A DNA stretch of 64,000 nucleotides from Treponemataceae bacterium (GCA_963667725.2 CAXXHO010000003.1:640001-704000); one strand, 5' to 3'. Shown: positions 9,816-19,512, counted from the stretch's first letter. The notes: generated by a model from the sequence alone, not told the origin. Numbers and translations are program-made.

Positions 9816-11102
9816 TTAAACGAAGCCGAGCAGTCTCGGTATGAAGAGCGAGATCTCGGGTATGTAGGCGACAATGAACAAGGCCAGCACCTCCATGATG
9901 ATGAAGGGTAAAATTGCCTTGGACAAGCGGGCCAGGCTGATTTTGGATATGGAACAGGCCACGAAGAGGCAGGCTCCAACGGGCGGCGTCATGAGGGCGA
10001 TGTTGAGCGACAGCACCATGATGATGCCGAAGTGTATGGGCGCAATGCCCATGCTTACGGCGATGGGATGAAGTATGGGGCCGAGAATGATGAGGGCGGC
10101 GGCTATGTCCATGAACATGCCGACGATAAGCATCAATATGATGATCATAAGGAGAATCAGTTTAGGATTCCCCGTGGTGGCGATGAGGAAGGCCGCTATC
10201 GCCTGGGGCACCTGATTGATGGCCAATACCCAGCTGAGAATCGACGCGGCGCCTATGATGAGGAATACCGAGCCTGTAATCTTGGCCGTCTTCAGGAGCA
10301 TCGGAAGGAGATCCCTGAAGGTGATGGATTTCAGGACGAAGAATCCGATCACGAGGGCATAGAGGACGGCGATCGAGGCAGCCTCCGTCGGCGTGAAGAG
10401 GCCTGAGAGTATGCCCCCGAGGATGATGATGGGCATAAGGAGGGGTATGATCGCATCCTTGGTGGCGAAGAGTTTCTGCCTGAAGGTCGTCTTCGGACCC
10501 TTGGGATATCCGCGTTTGTAGGACAGGTATGCCGACATGATCATGAGGAGGATGGCGAGGACGATGCCCGGCAGGAAGCCGGCGGCGAAAAGTCCCGCGA
10601 TCGATACGTTCATAAGCGAGCCGTAGATGACCATCATGTTGGAGGGTGGGATCGTGGGACCGATGATGGAAGAGGCCGCCGTGACCGCCGCAGAAAAATC
10701 GACATCGTAGCCGTCGTCGACCATCGCGGGAATCAGCATCGTGCCGATGGCCGCCGTATCCGACACGGCCGCTCCTGTCATCCCCGCGAAAAATACCGAG
10801 GCTATGATGTTGGCGTGGGCGAGTCCTCCCCTCCAGTGTCCGACGAGGACATTGGAGAAATTGACGAGGCGCTTCGTGATTCCGGCCTTGTTCATCAGCT
10901 CTCCGGCCAGGATGAAAAAGGGCATGGCCATGAGGGTGAACATGTCGAGGCCAGAAAAGTACTGGAGAGGCGCCATCGAGAGAAGCCCGACGCCCGAACC
11001 CATGAGAAGGAGCCCGACGACGCCCGCGATTCCGAGCGTGAAGCCGATGGGGATCCCTAGGACGAGGAGGGCAAAAAATACGACCGCGACCGATAGGAAC
11101 AT
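9816..11102 (-). CDS. dctM: TRAP transporter large permease DctM
   Basis: AMPFFILAGELM, IGPTIPPS, FTPTEA, TPPVG. Confidence 0.92.
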   Translation of the reverse strand: MFLSVAVVFFALLVLGIPIGFTLGIAGVVGLLLMGSGVGLLSMAPLQYFSGLDMFTLMAMPFFILAGELMNKAGITKRLVNFSNVLVGHWRGGLAHANIIASVFFAGMTGAAVSDTAAIGTMLIPAMVDDGYDVDFSAAVTAASSIIGPTIPPSNMMVIYGSLMNVSIAGLFAAGFLPGIVLAILLMIMSAYLSYKRGYPKGPKTTFRQKLFATKDAIIPLLMPIIILGGILSGLFTPTEAASIAVLYALVIGFFVLKSITFRDLLPMLLKTAKITGSVFLIIGAASILSWVLAINQVPQAIAAFLIATTGNPKLILLMIIILMLIVGMFMDIAAALIILGPILHPIAVSMGIAPIHFGIIMVLSLNIALMTPPVGACLFVACSISKISLARLSKAILPFIIMEVLALFIVAYIPEISLFIPRLLGFV

Positions 11103-11113
11103 CTCTTCCCTCC

Positions 11114-11650
11114 TCAGATGTCGATGTAGCCGGCGGCCTGGATGCGCCTGCCGTCGGGGCTCTGGAGAACCATGATGGAAACGAAGATGATCTGCAGAGC
11201 GGAAATCCCCATGGCTACGGGAACGGCCAGTCTGGGGATGAACATGGAAATGCCGAGAGCCTGTGTCATCTGCGTTCGGGCTTCGAGCGTGGCGCTAAGC
11301 GAGTAGAAGAACATGAACAGAAGAAAGGCTAGCACAAAGGCGTTTATAAGCAGCGCCATGGCCTTCCGGGCGTTCGTCTTCTTAAGCCCGTCGAGTATGA
11401 CCGTGAGCCCCACATGCTCCCCTGCGCTGATCCCCAGGCTTATAGCGAGGGATGCGCCCCAGATCATGAGGTACCGCGAGGTTTCTTCCACCCAATTCAA
11501 GGGGGCGTTGAGGACATAGCGAAAGAAAACTCCCAGGATGACGATGACTGTCATGGCGCCGAAAAGAAGGGCGCAGGCAAACCCAGTTCCCTTATCGATG
11601 GCGGCCGAGAGCGATTCGGCAGTCGTGAAGCCTGGCTTGCTTTCTGTCAT
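11114..11650 (-). CDS. dctQ: TRAP transporter small permease DctQ
   Basis: VFFRYV...WVEE.SRYLMIW, four TM segments; lies between dctP and dctM. Confidence 0.9.
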   Translation of the reverse strand: MTESKPGFTTAESLSAAIDKGTGFACALLFGAMTVIVILGVFFRYVLNAPLNWVEETSRYLMIWGASLAISLGISAGEHVGLTVILDGLKKTNARKAMALLINAFVLAFLLFMFFYSLSATLEARTQMTQALGISMFIPRLAVPVAMGISALQIIFVSIMVLQSPDGRRIQAAGYIDI

Positions 11651-11754
11651 GGTTTTCCTCCCGCGAGCGGCGCAGCCGCCGAAGGGAGGGGCAGCCGCGC
11701 GAAGGCGGCAACCCCTCCTGATTGGATCGGCATTAAGTATTTTTAGGCTATGGA

Positions 11755-12789
11755 TCAGTAGCCGAGTTCTTTCTCGGCCTTTTCGATGGCCGCGAAGAAT
11801 TTGTCGACGAGAGCCTCGCCCTCTTTCTTGTACTGGGCGCTCATGAATTCCCTGGCAGCGGGGATGGCGACGTCGCGGAACTGCTTCATTTCGGCCTTGG
11901 TGGGAACGTAGACCTGCATCTTCTCGGCGAGGGTGGGAAGTCCTTTGTCCGAACCGTCGATAATCCTCGAGAGACCGCGTCCGGCGAGGAGGGCGGTTCT
12001 GGCCGCGTCATCGATGACGTTCTGGAGGTCGGCGGAGAGCCCGGCATAGAATTTGGGATTGATTACCCAGATATAGGGGGCATAGAGATGGTTGGTGAGG
12101 GTGATGTATTTCTGGACTTCCTGGAACTTGGCCATGGTGATGATGGAGATGGGGTTCATCTGTCCGTCGACCACGCCGGTCTGGAGGCTGGTGTATACTT
12201 CTGCCCACGCCACGGTGGTGGGAGAAGCGCCCAACGCCTTGACGATGGCCTGGTGGAGGGGGAGGGCCATGGTGCGGAGTTTTATGCCCTTCATGTCGGC
12301 TGGCGATTTTATGGGGCGCTTGCCGTTGGTGATGGCGAAGAAGCCGCCGGATTCGCCGAATCCAAGCACCTTGAATCCCGCTTTCTTCTCGATGTCGGCC
12401 GCGAGTTCCTTACCGAAATCCCCGTCGTACACTTTATAGCCGACATTATAGCTCGAGAAGGCGAAAGGCATGTTGGTGACGTCGATGAGGGGATAGAACT
12501 GGGCCATGCCGCCTGAGGAAGAGATGAAGGACTGGACGACGCCGGCCTTCACCTGGACCATGGTCTCGGCTTCCTTGCCGAGAACGCCGTTCGGGAAGAT
12601 ATCGACCTTGATCTGACCGTTGGAATTGGCTTCTACTTCGCTCTTGAACACGGCCGCCATGGCCGCCGACGCGACGTCGAAGGGCTGCTGGGGGTTGAGA
12701 TGGGCGAGCTTGAGGACGGTCTGTCCGAATACCGCAGCGGGCATAAGCGCCGCGATGACGAGAACGATCGCTAGAATCCTGCTTTTCAT
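11755..12789 (-). CDS. dctP: TRAP transporter substrate-binding protein DctP
   Basis: Signal peptide, DMKGIKLRT, EVYTSLQTGVVDGQMNP; GGAGG RBS before ATG 12789. Confidence 0.9.
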   Translation of the reverse strand: MKSRILAIVLVIAALMPAAVFGQTVLKLAHLNPQQPFDVASAAMAAVFKSEVEANSNGQIKVDIFPNGVLGKEAETMVQVKAGVVQSFISSSGGMAQFYPLIDVTNMPFAFSSYNVGYKVYDGDFGKELAADIEKKAGFKVLGFGESGGFFAITNGKRPIKSPADMKGIKLRTMALPLHQAIVKALGASPTTVAWAEVYTSLQTGVVDGQMNPISIITMAKFQEVQKYITLTNHLYAPYIWVINPKFYAGLSADLQNVIDDAARTALLAGRGLSRIIDGSDKGLPTLAEKMQVYVPTKAEMKQFRDVAIPAAREFMSAQYKKEGEALVDKFFAAIEKAEKELGY

Positions 12790-12813
12790 TGGATACCTCC
12801 ATGCGCCGGGCGG

Positions 12814-12888
12814 GCCGGGTGCCTTCTGGGCACCCGGCTTTGTCCGCCTCGAGAGGCTAAGGATAGACGATGAATGTCTCTCCGTCAA
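12814..12888 (-). promoter_or_regulatory. Internal promoter and 5'-UTR hairpin for dctPQM-ygeW
   Basis: Minus strand TTGACG (12888-12883)-N17-TATCCT (12865-12860); 10-bp stem GCCGGGTGCC/GGCACCCGGC at 12814-12838. Confidence 0.6.
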
Positions 12889-12926
12889 CAAAGAACCGCC
12901 GCTCTATCCAGGAAGCGCCCTTCGTT

Positions 12927-15794
12927 CTATAAGCGGCCCAGAGCGTGAAGCACCCGCTCCGGCGAGAAGGGCCATTCCCTCACCCAGGCGCCGACGGCGT
13001 CGTGGATGGCGATCGATATCGCCGGGGCTGCGCCATTTACCGATATCTCCGAGACGCTCTTGGCGCCGAAAGGACCGATTTCATCCTCCACGGGCATGAG
13101 TTCGACGCGGAAATCAGGCGGCACCTCGGCGATGGTCGGTATCTTGTAGTCGAGGAAACGAGGATTGAGGCAGCGGCCTTCGCCGTCGTAGAGCATTTCC
13201 TCATAGAGCGAATGGCCTATGGCCTTGAGGATGGCTCCGTACACCTGCCCTGTCGCGAGGGCTGGGTTGATGGGGGTGCCGCAGTCCTGATAGGCGTGGT
13301 AGCGCTGGACCTTCAACTCGCCCGTGCGCTCGTTGACGGCGACCTGGACGAAATGCGCGCCGTAGGGAAAGGCCGAGTGGTCGGTCTTGAAGCTTCCGAA
13401 TCCCGATAGTTCGCCGTGGCCTTCGCCCTGGACGGAGCGGTGGCCGAGCTCGGCGAGGCTGATTTTGCCCTTCTTGCCGACTACCATGCCCTTGTATTCG
13501 ATATGGAGGTCTTCAGGGGCCTCTCCGAGGATGGGCGTGGCGGCTTCGAACACTCGCCGCCTCAGGTTCTCGGCGGCCTTAAGGGCAGCGTTGCCGGAGA
13601 AATAGGTGCCAGAGGAGGCGTAGGCGCCCTTGTCGAAGGGGGTGATGTCGGTGTCGCCGGAGACCACCGTGACGTCGGTCAGGTCGAGGCCGAGGATCTC
13701 GGCGGCGGCCTTGGCGGTGACGGTGTCGAGGCCCGTGCCGAGGTCGGCCCCGCCCGAGAGCATGAGGAGGGTGCCGTCGGAGAGAAGGCGCACTTCGGCG
13801 TTGGCGGCGTCGAGGCCGGGAAGGCCTGAGCCCTGCTGGATGATGACAGCCCCGCGGCCGATCTTCCAGTCAGATCCCGGGGCGGGCGGCTTGGGTTGGT
13901 CCCAGCCGAAGGCTTGGCGGCCGCGCGCCATCATGTCGCCCAGGCCGCATTTTCCCAGCGTGACGGCGGCGCCTTCACGGCCCTCGCCGAGGCTTTTCAG
14001 GATGTCGATGCGGCTGCCTGAACGCACGCGGTTCTTTTCGAGGAAATCGAGCTGGTCCATGCCGAGGGCGCAGGCCATCTCGGCGAGGGCCGTCTGCAGA
14101 GCGAAGGAACCTTTCGGGGCGCCATAGCCCTGGTAGGCTCCCGCCGGCGAGAGGTTCGTGTACCAGGATTTCACCTCGAAGCGCGCGTTGTCGCAGAGAA
14201 GGAGTGGCAGGCTCTTCGAGATCGCGTTCATGGGCACGGTGAGGCAGTGCTGGCCGTAGGGGCCGGTGTCGGCGTCGAGATTCATGAGGATGGCGGTGAG
14301 TTTGCCGTCGCGCCTGGCGCCCAGCTTCACCTTGATCTCCATGGCGTGACGTGTCCGGCTCGCGATGAATTCCTCTTCTCTTGTATAGCGGAAATAGACA
14401 GGCCGCCGCGTCGTCCAGGCGAGATAGCCCGCGATGTCCTCGACGACGATGTCCTGCTTGGCGCCGAAGCCGCCGCCGACCCTTTCCTTGATCACGCGCA
14501 CCTTATTCTCCGAGATGCCGACGGCCCGGGCGACGATGCGCCGCACATGCCAAGGCACCTGGGTCGAGGCGTGGAGGACGAGACGGCCCGCCTCGATCTT
14601 CGCGAAGACGACATGGGGCTCCATGGGCGTGCACTGCACCCTGTTGGTTTTATAGCTTCGTTCGATGACGATGTCGGCAGCGGCGAAACCCGCCTCCATG
14701 TCGCCAATGCCGCCCGAGGCCGAAGCCGCGAGGTTGCGGTGCGGGTCGGAGTGCAGGGGGAATTGGTAGACGACAGGATCGTCGCGGCCGTCGCCTCTCG
14801 TGTCCGTGCCTACAGGAGGCGAACCGGCGACATAGGATACTTCGCCCGAGTGGATGACGGGCGCTTCATTCGCCTTGGCCTGCGCTATCGAGAAGACGGG
14901 CGGAAGGACCTCGTAGGTCACCTTTATAGCCGCGAGGGCGGCCGCGGCGATTTCAGGCGTTTCGGCGAGAACGGCGGCGACTCTGTCGCCGACATGGCGC
15001 ATCTTGCGCGGGAACATGCGCTGATCGTAGGGGGAGGGTTCGGGGAAGCCCTGGCCAGCTGTGGTGTACACCCGCTCTGGTGTATTCTTGTGAGTGAGGA
15101 CGGCAACGACGCCGGGCATGGCTTCGGCTTCCGCCGTGTCGATGGAAGCGATCCAGGCATGGGCATAGGGGCTTCCGAGGACTTTCAGGACGCAGGCGTC
15201 GCCCGTGACCCTATCCTCGACGAAGGCGCGCTCGCCCCGGCTCAAGGTTTCGGCGTCAACCTTCTCGCGATCCTTGCCCACATGGCGGAGGTCAGGCCTG
15301 AATTCGGGTCCGAGGGGCGGCGCGTAGCCTGGTTCAGAGAGACGCCGGGCGGCGAGGCGCACGGCCTCGAAATACTGCTTATAGCCGGTGCAGCGGCAGA
15401 GGGTGCCCGAAAGGGCGTCGGCGACTTCCGCGTCGGAAGGCTCGGGCGATCGAGCGAGGAGCTCACGTATGGAGAGGGCGACGGCCGGCGTGCAGTATCC
15501 GCACTGGACGCAAGCGCAATCGATGAGGGCGCGCTGGATGGTCCGAAGGGTCGCGTCCTTGTTGTAGTAGTCGATGGTGACGACCTCGCGGCCATCGGCC
15601 TCGAGGGCGAGAATGAGGCAGGAATTGACGAGCTTGCCGTCGAGGAGAAGGGCGCAGAGGCCGCAGGAGCCTTCGCCGTCGCAGCCGTTCCTCAGCGAGA
15701 CGATTCCCGCGCGGCGCAGCAGGGTTTTAAGGCTTTCGCCGGGTTCGCAGGCAAGGGCGACGGGACGGCCGTTGAGCGTGAATGTCGTGGTCAT
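12927..15794 (-). CDS. xdhD: Molybdopterin oxidoreductase, fused 2Fe-2S + Mo-binding subunit (XdhD/YgfN type)
   Basis: GCDGEGSCGLC, QCGYCTP, CRCTGY, GQGFPEPSPYD, STQVPWH, GGGFGAKQ, AYQGYGAPKG, GAKSVSEI; 955 aa; downstream of ygfM. Confidence 0.88.
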   Translation of the reverse strand: MTTTFTLNGRPVALACEPGESLKTLLRRAGIVSLRNGCDGEGSCGLCALLLDGKLVNSCLILALEADGREVVTIDYYNKDATLRTIQRALIDCACVQCGYCTPAVALSIRELLARSPEPSDAEVADALSGTLCRCTGYKQYFEAVRLAARRLSEPGYAPPLGPEFRPDLRHVGKDREKVDAETLSRGERAFVEDRVTGDACVLKVLGSPYAHAWIASIDTAEAEAMPGVVAVLTHKNTPERVYTTAGQGFPEPSPYDQRMFPRKMRHVGDRVAAVLAETPEIAAAALAAIKVTYEVLPPVFSIAQAKANEAPVIHSGEVSYVAGSPPVGTDTRGDGRDDPVVYQFPLHSDPHRNLAASASGGIGDMEAGFAAADIVIERSYKTNRVQCTPMEPHVVFAKIEAGRLVLHASTQVPWHVRRIVARAVGISENKVRVIKERVGGGFGAKQDIVVEDIAGYLAWTTRRPVYFRYTREEEFIASRTRHAMEIKVKLGARRDGKLTAILMNLDADTGPYGQHCLTVPMNAISKSLPLLLCDNARFEVKSWYTNLSPAGAYQGYGAPKGSFALQTALAEMACALGMDQLDFLEKNRVRSGSRIDILKSLGEGREGAAVTLGKCGLGDMMARGRQAFGWDQPKPPAPGSDWKIGRGAVIIQQGSGLPGLDAANAEVRLLSDGTLLMLSGGADLGTGLDTVTAKAAAEILGLDLTDVTVVSGDTDITPFDKGAYASSGTYFSGNAALKAAENLRRRVFEAATPILGEAPEDLHIEYKGMVVGKKGKISLAELGHRSVQGEGHGELSGFGSFKTDHSAFPYGAHFVQVAVNERTGELKVQRYHAYQDCGTPINPALATGQVYGAILKAIGHSLYEEMLYDGEGRCLNPRFLDYKIPTIAEVPPDFRVELMPVEDEIGPFGAKSVSEISVNGAAPAISIAIHDAVGAWVREWPFSPERVLHALGRL

Positions 15795-16615
15795 AAGGAG
15801 GCCTCCAGCGAGAAAAGCACATCGGCGAGAAGGGCGGCCGCCCTGAGGCGCTTGAAAGCCGCGCTGCCCCTAACGTCGTCGACGGGAGCGAAGAGGGGAG
15901 CGGCGGCTGCTTCGATCACGGCCTTGTCCGCCAGCGGCCTGCCTTCGAAGAGGCTTTCCAGTTCGGGGAAGCGGCGCGCGTGGGGCGAAAGTCCGCCCAT
16001 GGCGATTCGCAGGCCGCGCAGGGCTGGCCTTCCGTGGCTTGCGCCACTCCCGTCACTCAGTTCGGCCGAGACCGCGCAGGTGAGAACGGCCACGTCGCAG
16101 GAGGTGCGGGAGTAGCGTCCGACGGCGAAGCGGCGCGACGCGGGCAGCTCGAATTCGATGCCGGCGATCAGTCCTTTTTCGGCAGGGGAGGCAGTCTGCC
16201 ATTCCGCCGCCGTTAGGGCAGGGGCCTGGGCGCGGCTGTAGCGCGCTTCGGCCACGAGGAGGAAGGGCAGGAGGCTGGAGCAGGATTTGTCGGCGCCTAT
16301 GTTGCCGCCTATCGTCGCTCTGTTGCGGATATTCCTGTCGGCCATGCTGAGGGCCGCCTCGCGCAGCGCGGCTGGAAGCAAGGCGGAATCGGCGATGGCC
16401 TGGAAGGTCGCGCCTGCGCCTATGATAATCCTGTCGCCATGACGCTCGATTCCCTTCGGGAGGAGGTCAGTGATCGCGATCGCGGTCATAGGGCGCCAGG
16501 CGAATTGGGATGTCAGGAGCCAGGTGCCGCCAGCCAGGAGGACGGCGCCATCTTCGTTCGAGAGGAGTTCGAGCGCTTCCCCGGCGGTTTTCGGCCTGAA
16601 ATATGCTTTTACCAT
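15791..16615 (-). CDS. ygfM: FAD-binding subunit of molybdenum hydroxylase (YgfM type)
   Basis: YFRPKT, LAGGT, IRNRATIGGN, DDVRGSAAFK; ATG 16615 after GAGGA; overlaps the xdhD start. Confidence 0.8.
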   Translation of the reverse strand: MVKAYFRPKTAGEALELLSNEDGAVLLAGGTWLLTSQFAWRPMTAIAITDLLPKGIERHGDRIIIGAGATFQAIADSALLPAALREAALSMADRNIRNRATIGGNIGADKSCSSLLPFLLVAEARYSRAQAPALTAAEWQTASPAEKGLIAGIEFELPASRRFAVGRYSRTSCDVAVLTCAVSAELSDGSGASHGRPALRGLRIAMGGLSPHARRFPELESLFEGRPLADKAVIEAAAAPLFAPVDDVRGSAAFKRLRAAALLADVLFSLEASL

Positions 16616-16627
16616 ACAATCATCCTC

Positions 16628-16678
16628 GGGGGCGGGCGCCGCGCGGATGCGGCTCGCTTCCGCGCGGCGCCCGCCCCC
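16628..16678. repeat. Perfect 20-bp GC inverted repeat upstream of ygfM
   Basis: GGGGGCGGGCGCCGCGCGGA-N11-TCCGCGCGGCGCCCGCCCCC. Confidence 0.85.
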
Positions 16679-16699
16679 AATGCCCTCCAATATATTCGG

Positions 16700-18058
16700 T
16701 TACAGAATGCCCGCGGACGTATAGAGCCGGCGGGCCGCTTTTTCGGCATTGACGCGGATCAGTTCCTCGTCGACGCCGCGGAGCTTCCTTGAGCGCACCA
16801 CGAAACGGCCATTCACGATGAGGTGATCGACGCCGTGGTTATAGCCCGAGAAGAGAAGCGCGGCGACAGGGTCCGACAGGGCGCCAACGTATTCGAGCTT
16901 CATGACGTCGAAGAGGGCGAGGTCGGCCAGGGCGCCCTCGCGGATGACCCCAGCCTCTTCGTAGCCGAGGAGGCTGGCGCCGCCCTTTGTGGCGATGTTC
17001 AGCACTTCCTGGGCCGTGATGCCAGCCGAGCCGTAGCGGATGCGCTGCAGCAGTAGGGCTTGGCGCGCCTCGCCCAGCATGTCGGAGGAGTCATTCGAGG
17101 CCGAGCCGTCGACGGCGAGGCCGACGGGTATGCCACGGTCTATCATTTCGCGAACCCGGCAGATGCCCGAGCCCAGCCTCATGTTCGAGGAGGGGCAGTG
17201 GGCGACGCCTGTTTTCGTTTTCGCGAGGAGGTCGAGTTCCTCGTCGTTGAAGAAGATGCCGTGGGCGAACCAGACATCGGGGCCGACGAAGCCGCAGTCC
17301 TCCATGAGCCTGAGGGGCCGCCTGCCGTACATCCGTATGCAGTAGGCTTCCTCGTCGCTCGTCTCGGCGAGATGGGTGTGGAGGCGAGCGCCGAACTTGC
17401 GTGCAAGTTCGGCGCTGCGGCGCATCAAGTCTTCGGATACGGAAAAGGGCGAGCAGGGGGCGAGGGCTACCTTCCGCATCGAATCGGGGGCAGGGTCGTG
17501 GAAGCGCTTTATCGTCGCTTCGCAATGGGCGAGGATCTCATCCTCGTCCTGGACCGTGGAATCGGGAGGCAGTCCGCCATCCTTCTTCGAACGGCTCATC
17601 GAGCCCCTTGTCGGCGCGAAACGCAGGCCTAGGTCCGCCGCCGCCTTGAACTGCAGCGCCGGGATGTCGTCGCCGAAACCTTCCGGGTAGAGGTAATGGT
17701 GGTCGGTGGTGAGGGTGCAGCCCGTCTTGGCAAGCTCGGCCATCGCGAGCATCGAGGACCAATACACGGCTTCGGGATCGAGATGCTTCCAGATTTCATA
17801 GAGATAGAGAAGCCAGTCGAAGAGCTTCGCGTTCTGCACGGCGGGCAGGTTGCGCGTCAGCGTCTGGTAGAAATGGTGATGCGTGTTGACGAGACCCGGA
17901 AGGACGACATGGCGCGACGCGTCTATAATATCGGCTCCCGCGGGAGCGACGATGTTCGTTCCTATTCGCGTTATGCGATTTTTATCGACGAGGATATCGA
18001 CGCCCGATAGTTCGGCGTCGGCAGCGAGCACCCTGAAGCAGTTCCGGAGGAGTATCAC
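16700..18058 (-). CDS. 8-oxoguanine deaminase-like amidohydrolase
   Basis: NTHHHFYQTLTR, LAPCSPFSVS (PCS motif), HLAE, HCPSSNMRLGSG (SSN motif), DGSASND; GTG start overlaps the upstream stop. Confidence 0.8.
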   Translation of the reverse strand: MILLRNCFRVLAADAELSGVDILVDKNRITRIGTNIVAPAGADIIDASRHVVLPGLVNTHHHFYQTLTRNLPAVQNAKLFDWLLYLYEIWKHLDPEAVYWSSMLAMAELAKTGCTLTTDHHYLYPEGFGDDIPALQFKAAADLGLRFAPTRGSMSRSKKDGGLPPDSTVQDEDEILAHCEATIKRFHDPAPDSMRKVALAPCSPFSVSEDLMRRSAELARKFGARLHTHLAETSDEEAYCIRMYGRRPLRLMEDCGFVGPDVWFAHGIFFNDEELDLLAKTKTGVAHCPSSNMRLGSGICRVREMIDRGIPVGLAVDGSASNDSSDMLGEARQALLLQRIRYGSAGITAQEVLNIATKGGASLLGYEEAGVIREGALADLALFDVMKLEYVGALSDPVAALLFSGYNHGVDHLIVNGRFVVRSRKLRGVDEELIRVNAEKAARRLYTSAGIL

Positions 18059-19512
18059 CGCATAACCTCCGCGTTGAACTCGTCGATGAGATCGTCCAAC
18101 GCTTCAACCTGGGCGTGGAGGCCGCCCCAGTAGTTGCGATGGTCATCCCACTGGGCCCTGAGCTCGGCCAGATCCTTGCCCTGCTGCTCGATCCAGGTGA
18201 AGTACTTGAGATTGTGGATACGGCGCTTGTCCACCTGCGTGAGTTCGAAGACATGGTCCACGGAAATTCCGGCGAGCCTGTCCTGGTCCTTGTCGGACTG
18301 GCGCTGGCCGTAGGGACCGCGCTCCGCGTTGAGCTCGTCGAGCCTGGACTGGTACATGGTCATGGAGTCGGTGAACATGGTGAAGACGACGTCGTGCTCG
18401 TCCATTTCGTAGTATTTCGCCATCTTGATCGCGCCGATGAGGTTGCCGACGCCCGAGATGCCGAGGAGGCCCAGCTGGGCCACGGCCTCGGGATCGGCTC
18501 CCGCGGCGACGAGGGCATCCCGGCCCGCCTTCTCGTTGAAGAGGCGGATGAAGCGGATGGGCAGCTCGTCGTCGACGCCGATGGCGGCGTCGGTGTCACG
18601 CATATTGTGGATCCAGGGGATGTGCTTGTCGCCGATGCCCTCGATGCGATGATCGCCGTATCCGTTTTCGAGGATTGTGGGACATTGGAGAGCTTCAGCC
18701 ACGGCGATCTTGATGTCGGGGAAATGGTCGCGTAGGTAGGAGCCAGATCCGAGGGTGCCGGCCGAGCCCGAGGAGAGGAGAGTCCCAGCTACCCGGTCTC
18801 CAGGCTTGCCCACCTTCGCGAAGACTTCGGCCATAGCCGGCCCCGTGACCTGGTAGTGCCAGAGATTGTTGGGCAGCTGGTCGAACTGGTTGAAGATGAC
18901 GGCGTCGGGGCGCGTAGCTTCCAGCTCGATGCACTTGTCGAAGATTTCCTTGACGTTGGATTCGCAGCCCGGGGTGGCGATCACTTCCTCGGCCATGGTC
19001 TTCAGCCATTCGAAGCGCTCGCGGCTCATGCCAGCGGGAAGGATGGCGATCGAGGGGCAGGAGAGTAGGCGGGAGATATAGGCGCCGCCCCTGCAGTAGT
19101 TGCCGGTCGAAGGCCAAACGGCTTTCTTGGTGGTCGGGTCGAATCGGCCGGTGACAAGTTCGGGCACGAGGCAGGCATAGGCCGCGCCGACCTTGTGCGC
19201 TCCCGTGGGGAACCATTTTCCGACGAGGCCGATGATGCGGGCCTTCGTGCCCGTGATGGCGCGAGGAATCTCGAGAAAATTGACGCCGCCGAAGCCGCCG
19301 CCCTTTTCGACGGGCTCGTTATGCCAGTTGACGCGGAAAAGGTTGCGCGGATGGACGTCCCAGAGACCGATGCCAGATAGCTCTTTCTTCACCGAGGCGG
19401 GAATCTTGGCCGGATCCCTCATCTGGGCGTAGGTGGGAAGGAGAATGCCTTTTTCCCTGCATCGCTGGATATTTTTCTTTCTTTGGATTTCGTTGACGTT
19501 AAGATCGATCAT
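18055..19512 (-). CDS. PLP-dependent fold-type II enzyme of unknown substrate (485 aa)
   Basis: FPTGAHKVG (PLP lysine), STGNY, NQF, SGSAGTLG phosphate loop, HRIEGIG; AAGGAG RBS. Confidence 0.8.
   Translation of the reverse strand: MIDLNVNEIQRKKNIQRCREKGILLPTYAQMRDPAKIPASVKKELSGIGLWDVHPRNLFRVNWHNEPVEKGGGFGGVNFLEIPRAITGTKARIIGLVGKWFPTGAHKVGAAYACLVPELVTGRFDPTTKKAVWPSTGNYCRGGAYISRLLSCPSIAILPAGMSRERFEWLKTMAEEVIATPGCESNVKEIFDKCIELEATRPDAVIFNQFDQLPNNLWHYQVTGPAMAEVFAKVGKPGDRVAGTLLSSGSAGTLGSGSYLRDHFPDIKIAVAEALQCPTILENGYGDHRIEGIGDKHIPWIHNMRDTDAAIGVDDELPIRFIRLFNEKAGRDALVAAGADPEAVAQLGLLGISGVGNLIGAIKMAKYYEMDEHDVVFTMFTDSMTMYQSRLDELNAERGPYGQRQSDKDQDRLAGISVDHVFELTQVDKRRIHNLKYFTWIEQQGKDLAELRAQWDDHRNYWGGLHAQVEALDDLIDEFNAEVMR

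Noticed and set aside
8594..9979. Long N-terminal extensions in the ORF track (ygeW to 9979; likewise 26-1036, 29701-31038, 30858-32393, 58823-60013)
   Set aside because: They overlap upstream genes; downstream starts have an RBS or stop-start overlap and match family lengths
14247..16115. 622-aa plus-strand ORF (also 38828-40255, 41090-42523, 33439-34596 on plus and 53460-55091 on minus)
   Set aside because: Antisense shadows of well-supported genes in high-GC DNA; no recognisable motifs
12927..16615. Selenate reductase or selenoprotein call for xdhD/ygfM (and ygfK)
   Set aside because: The ORFs are uninterrupted with no in-frame TGA; the selenate reductase label is a legacy annotation and the context points to purine catabolism
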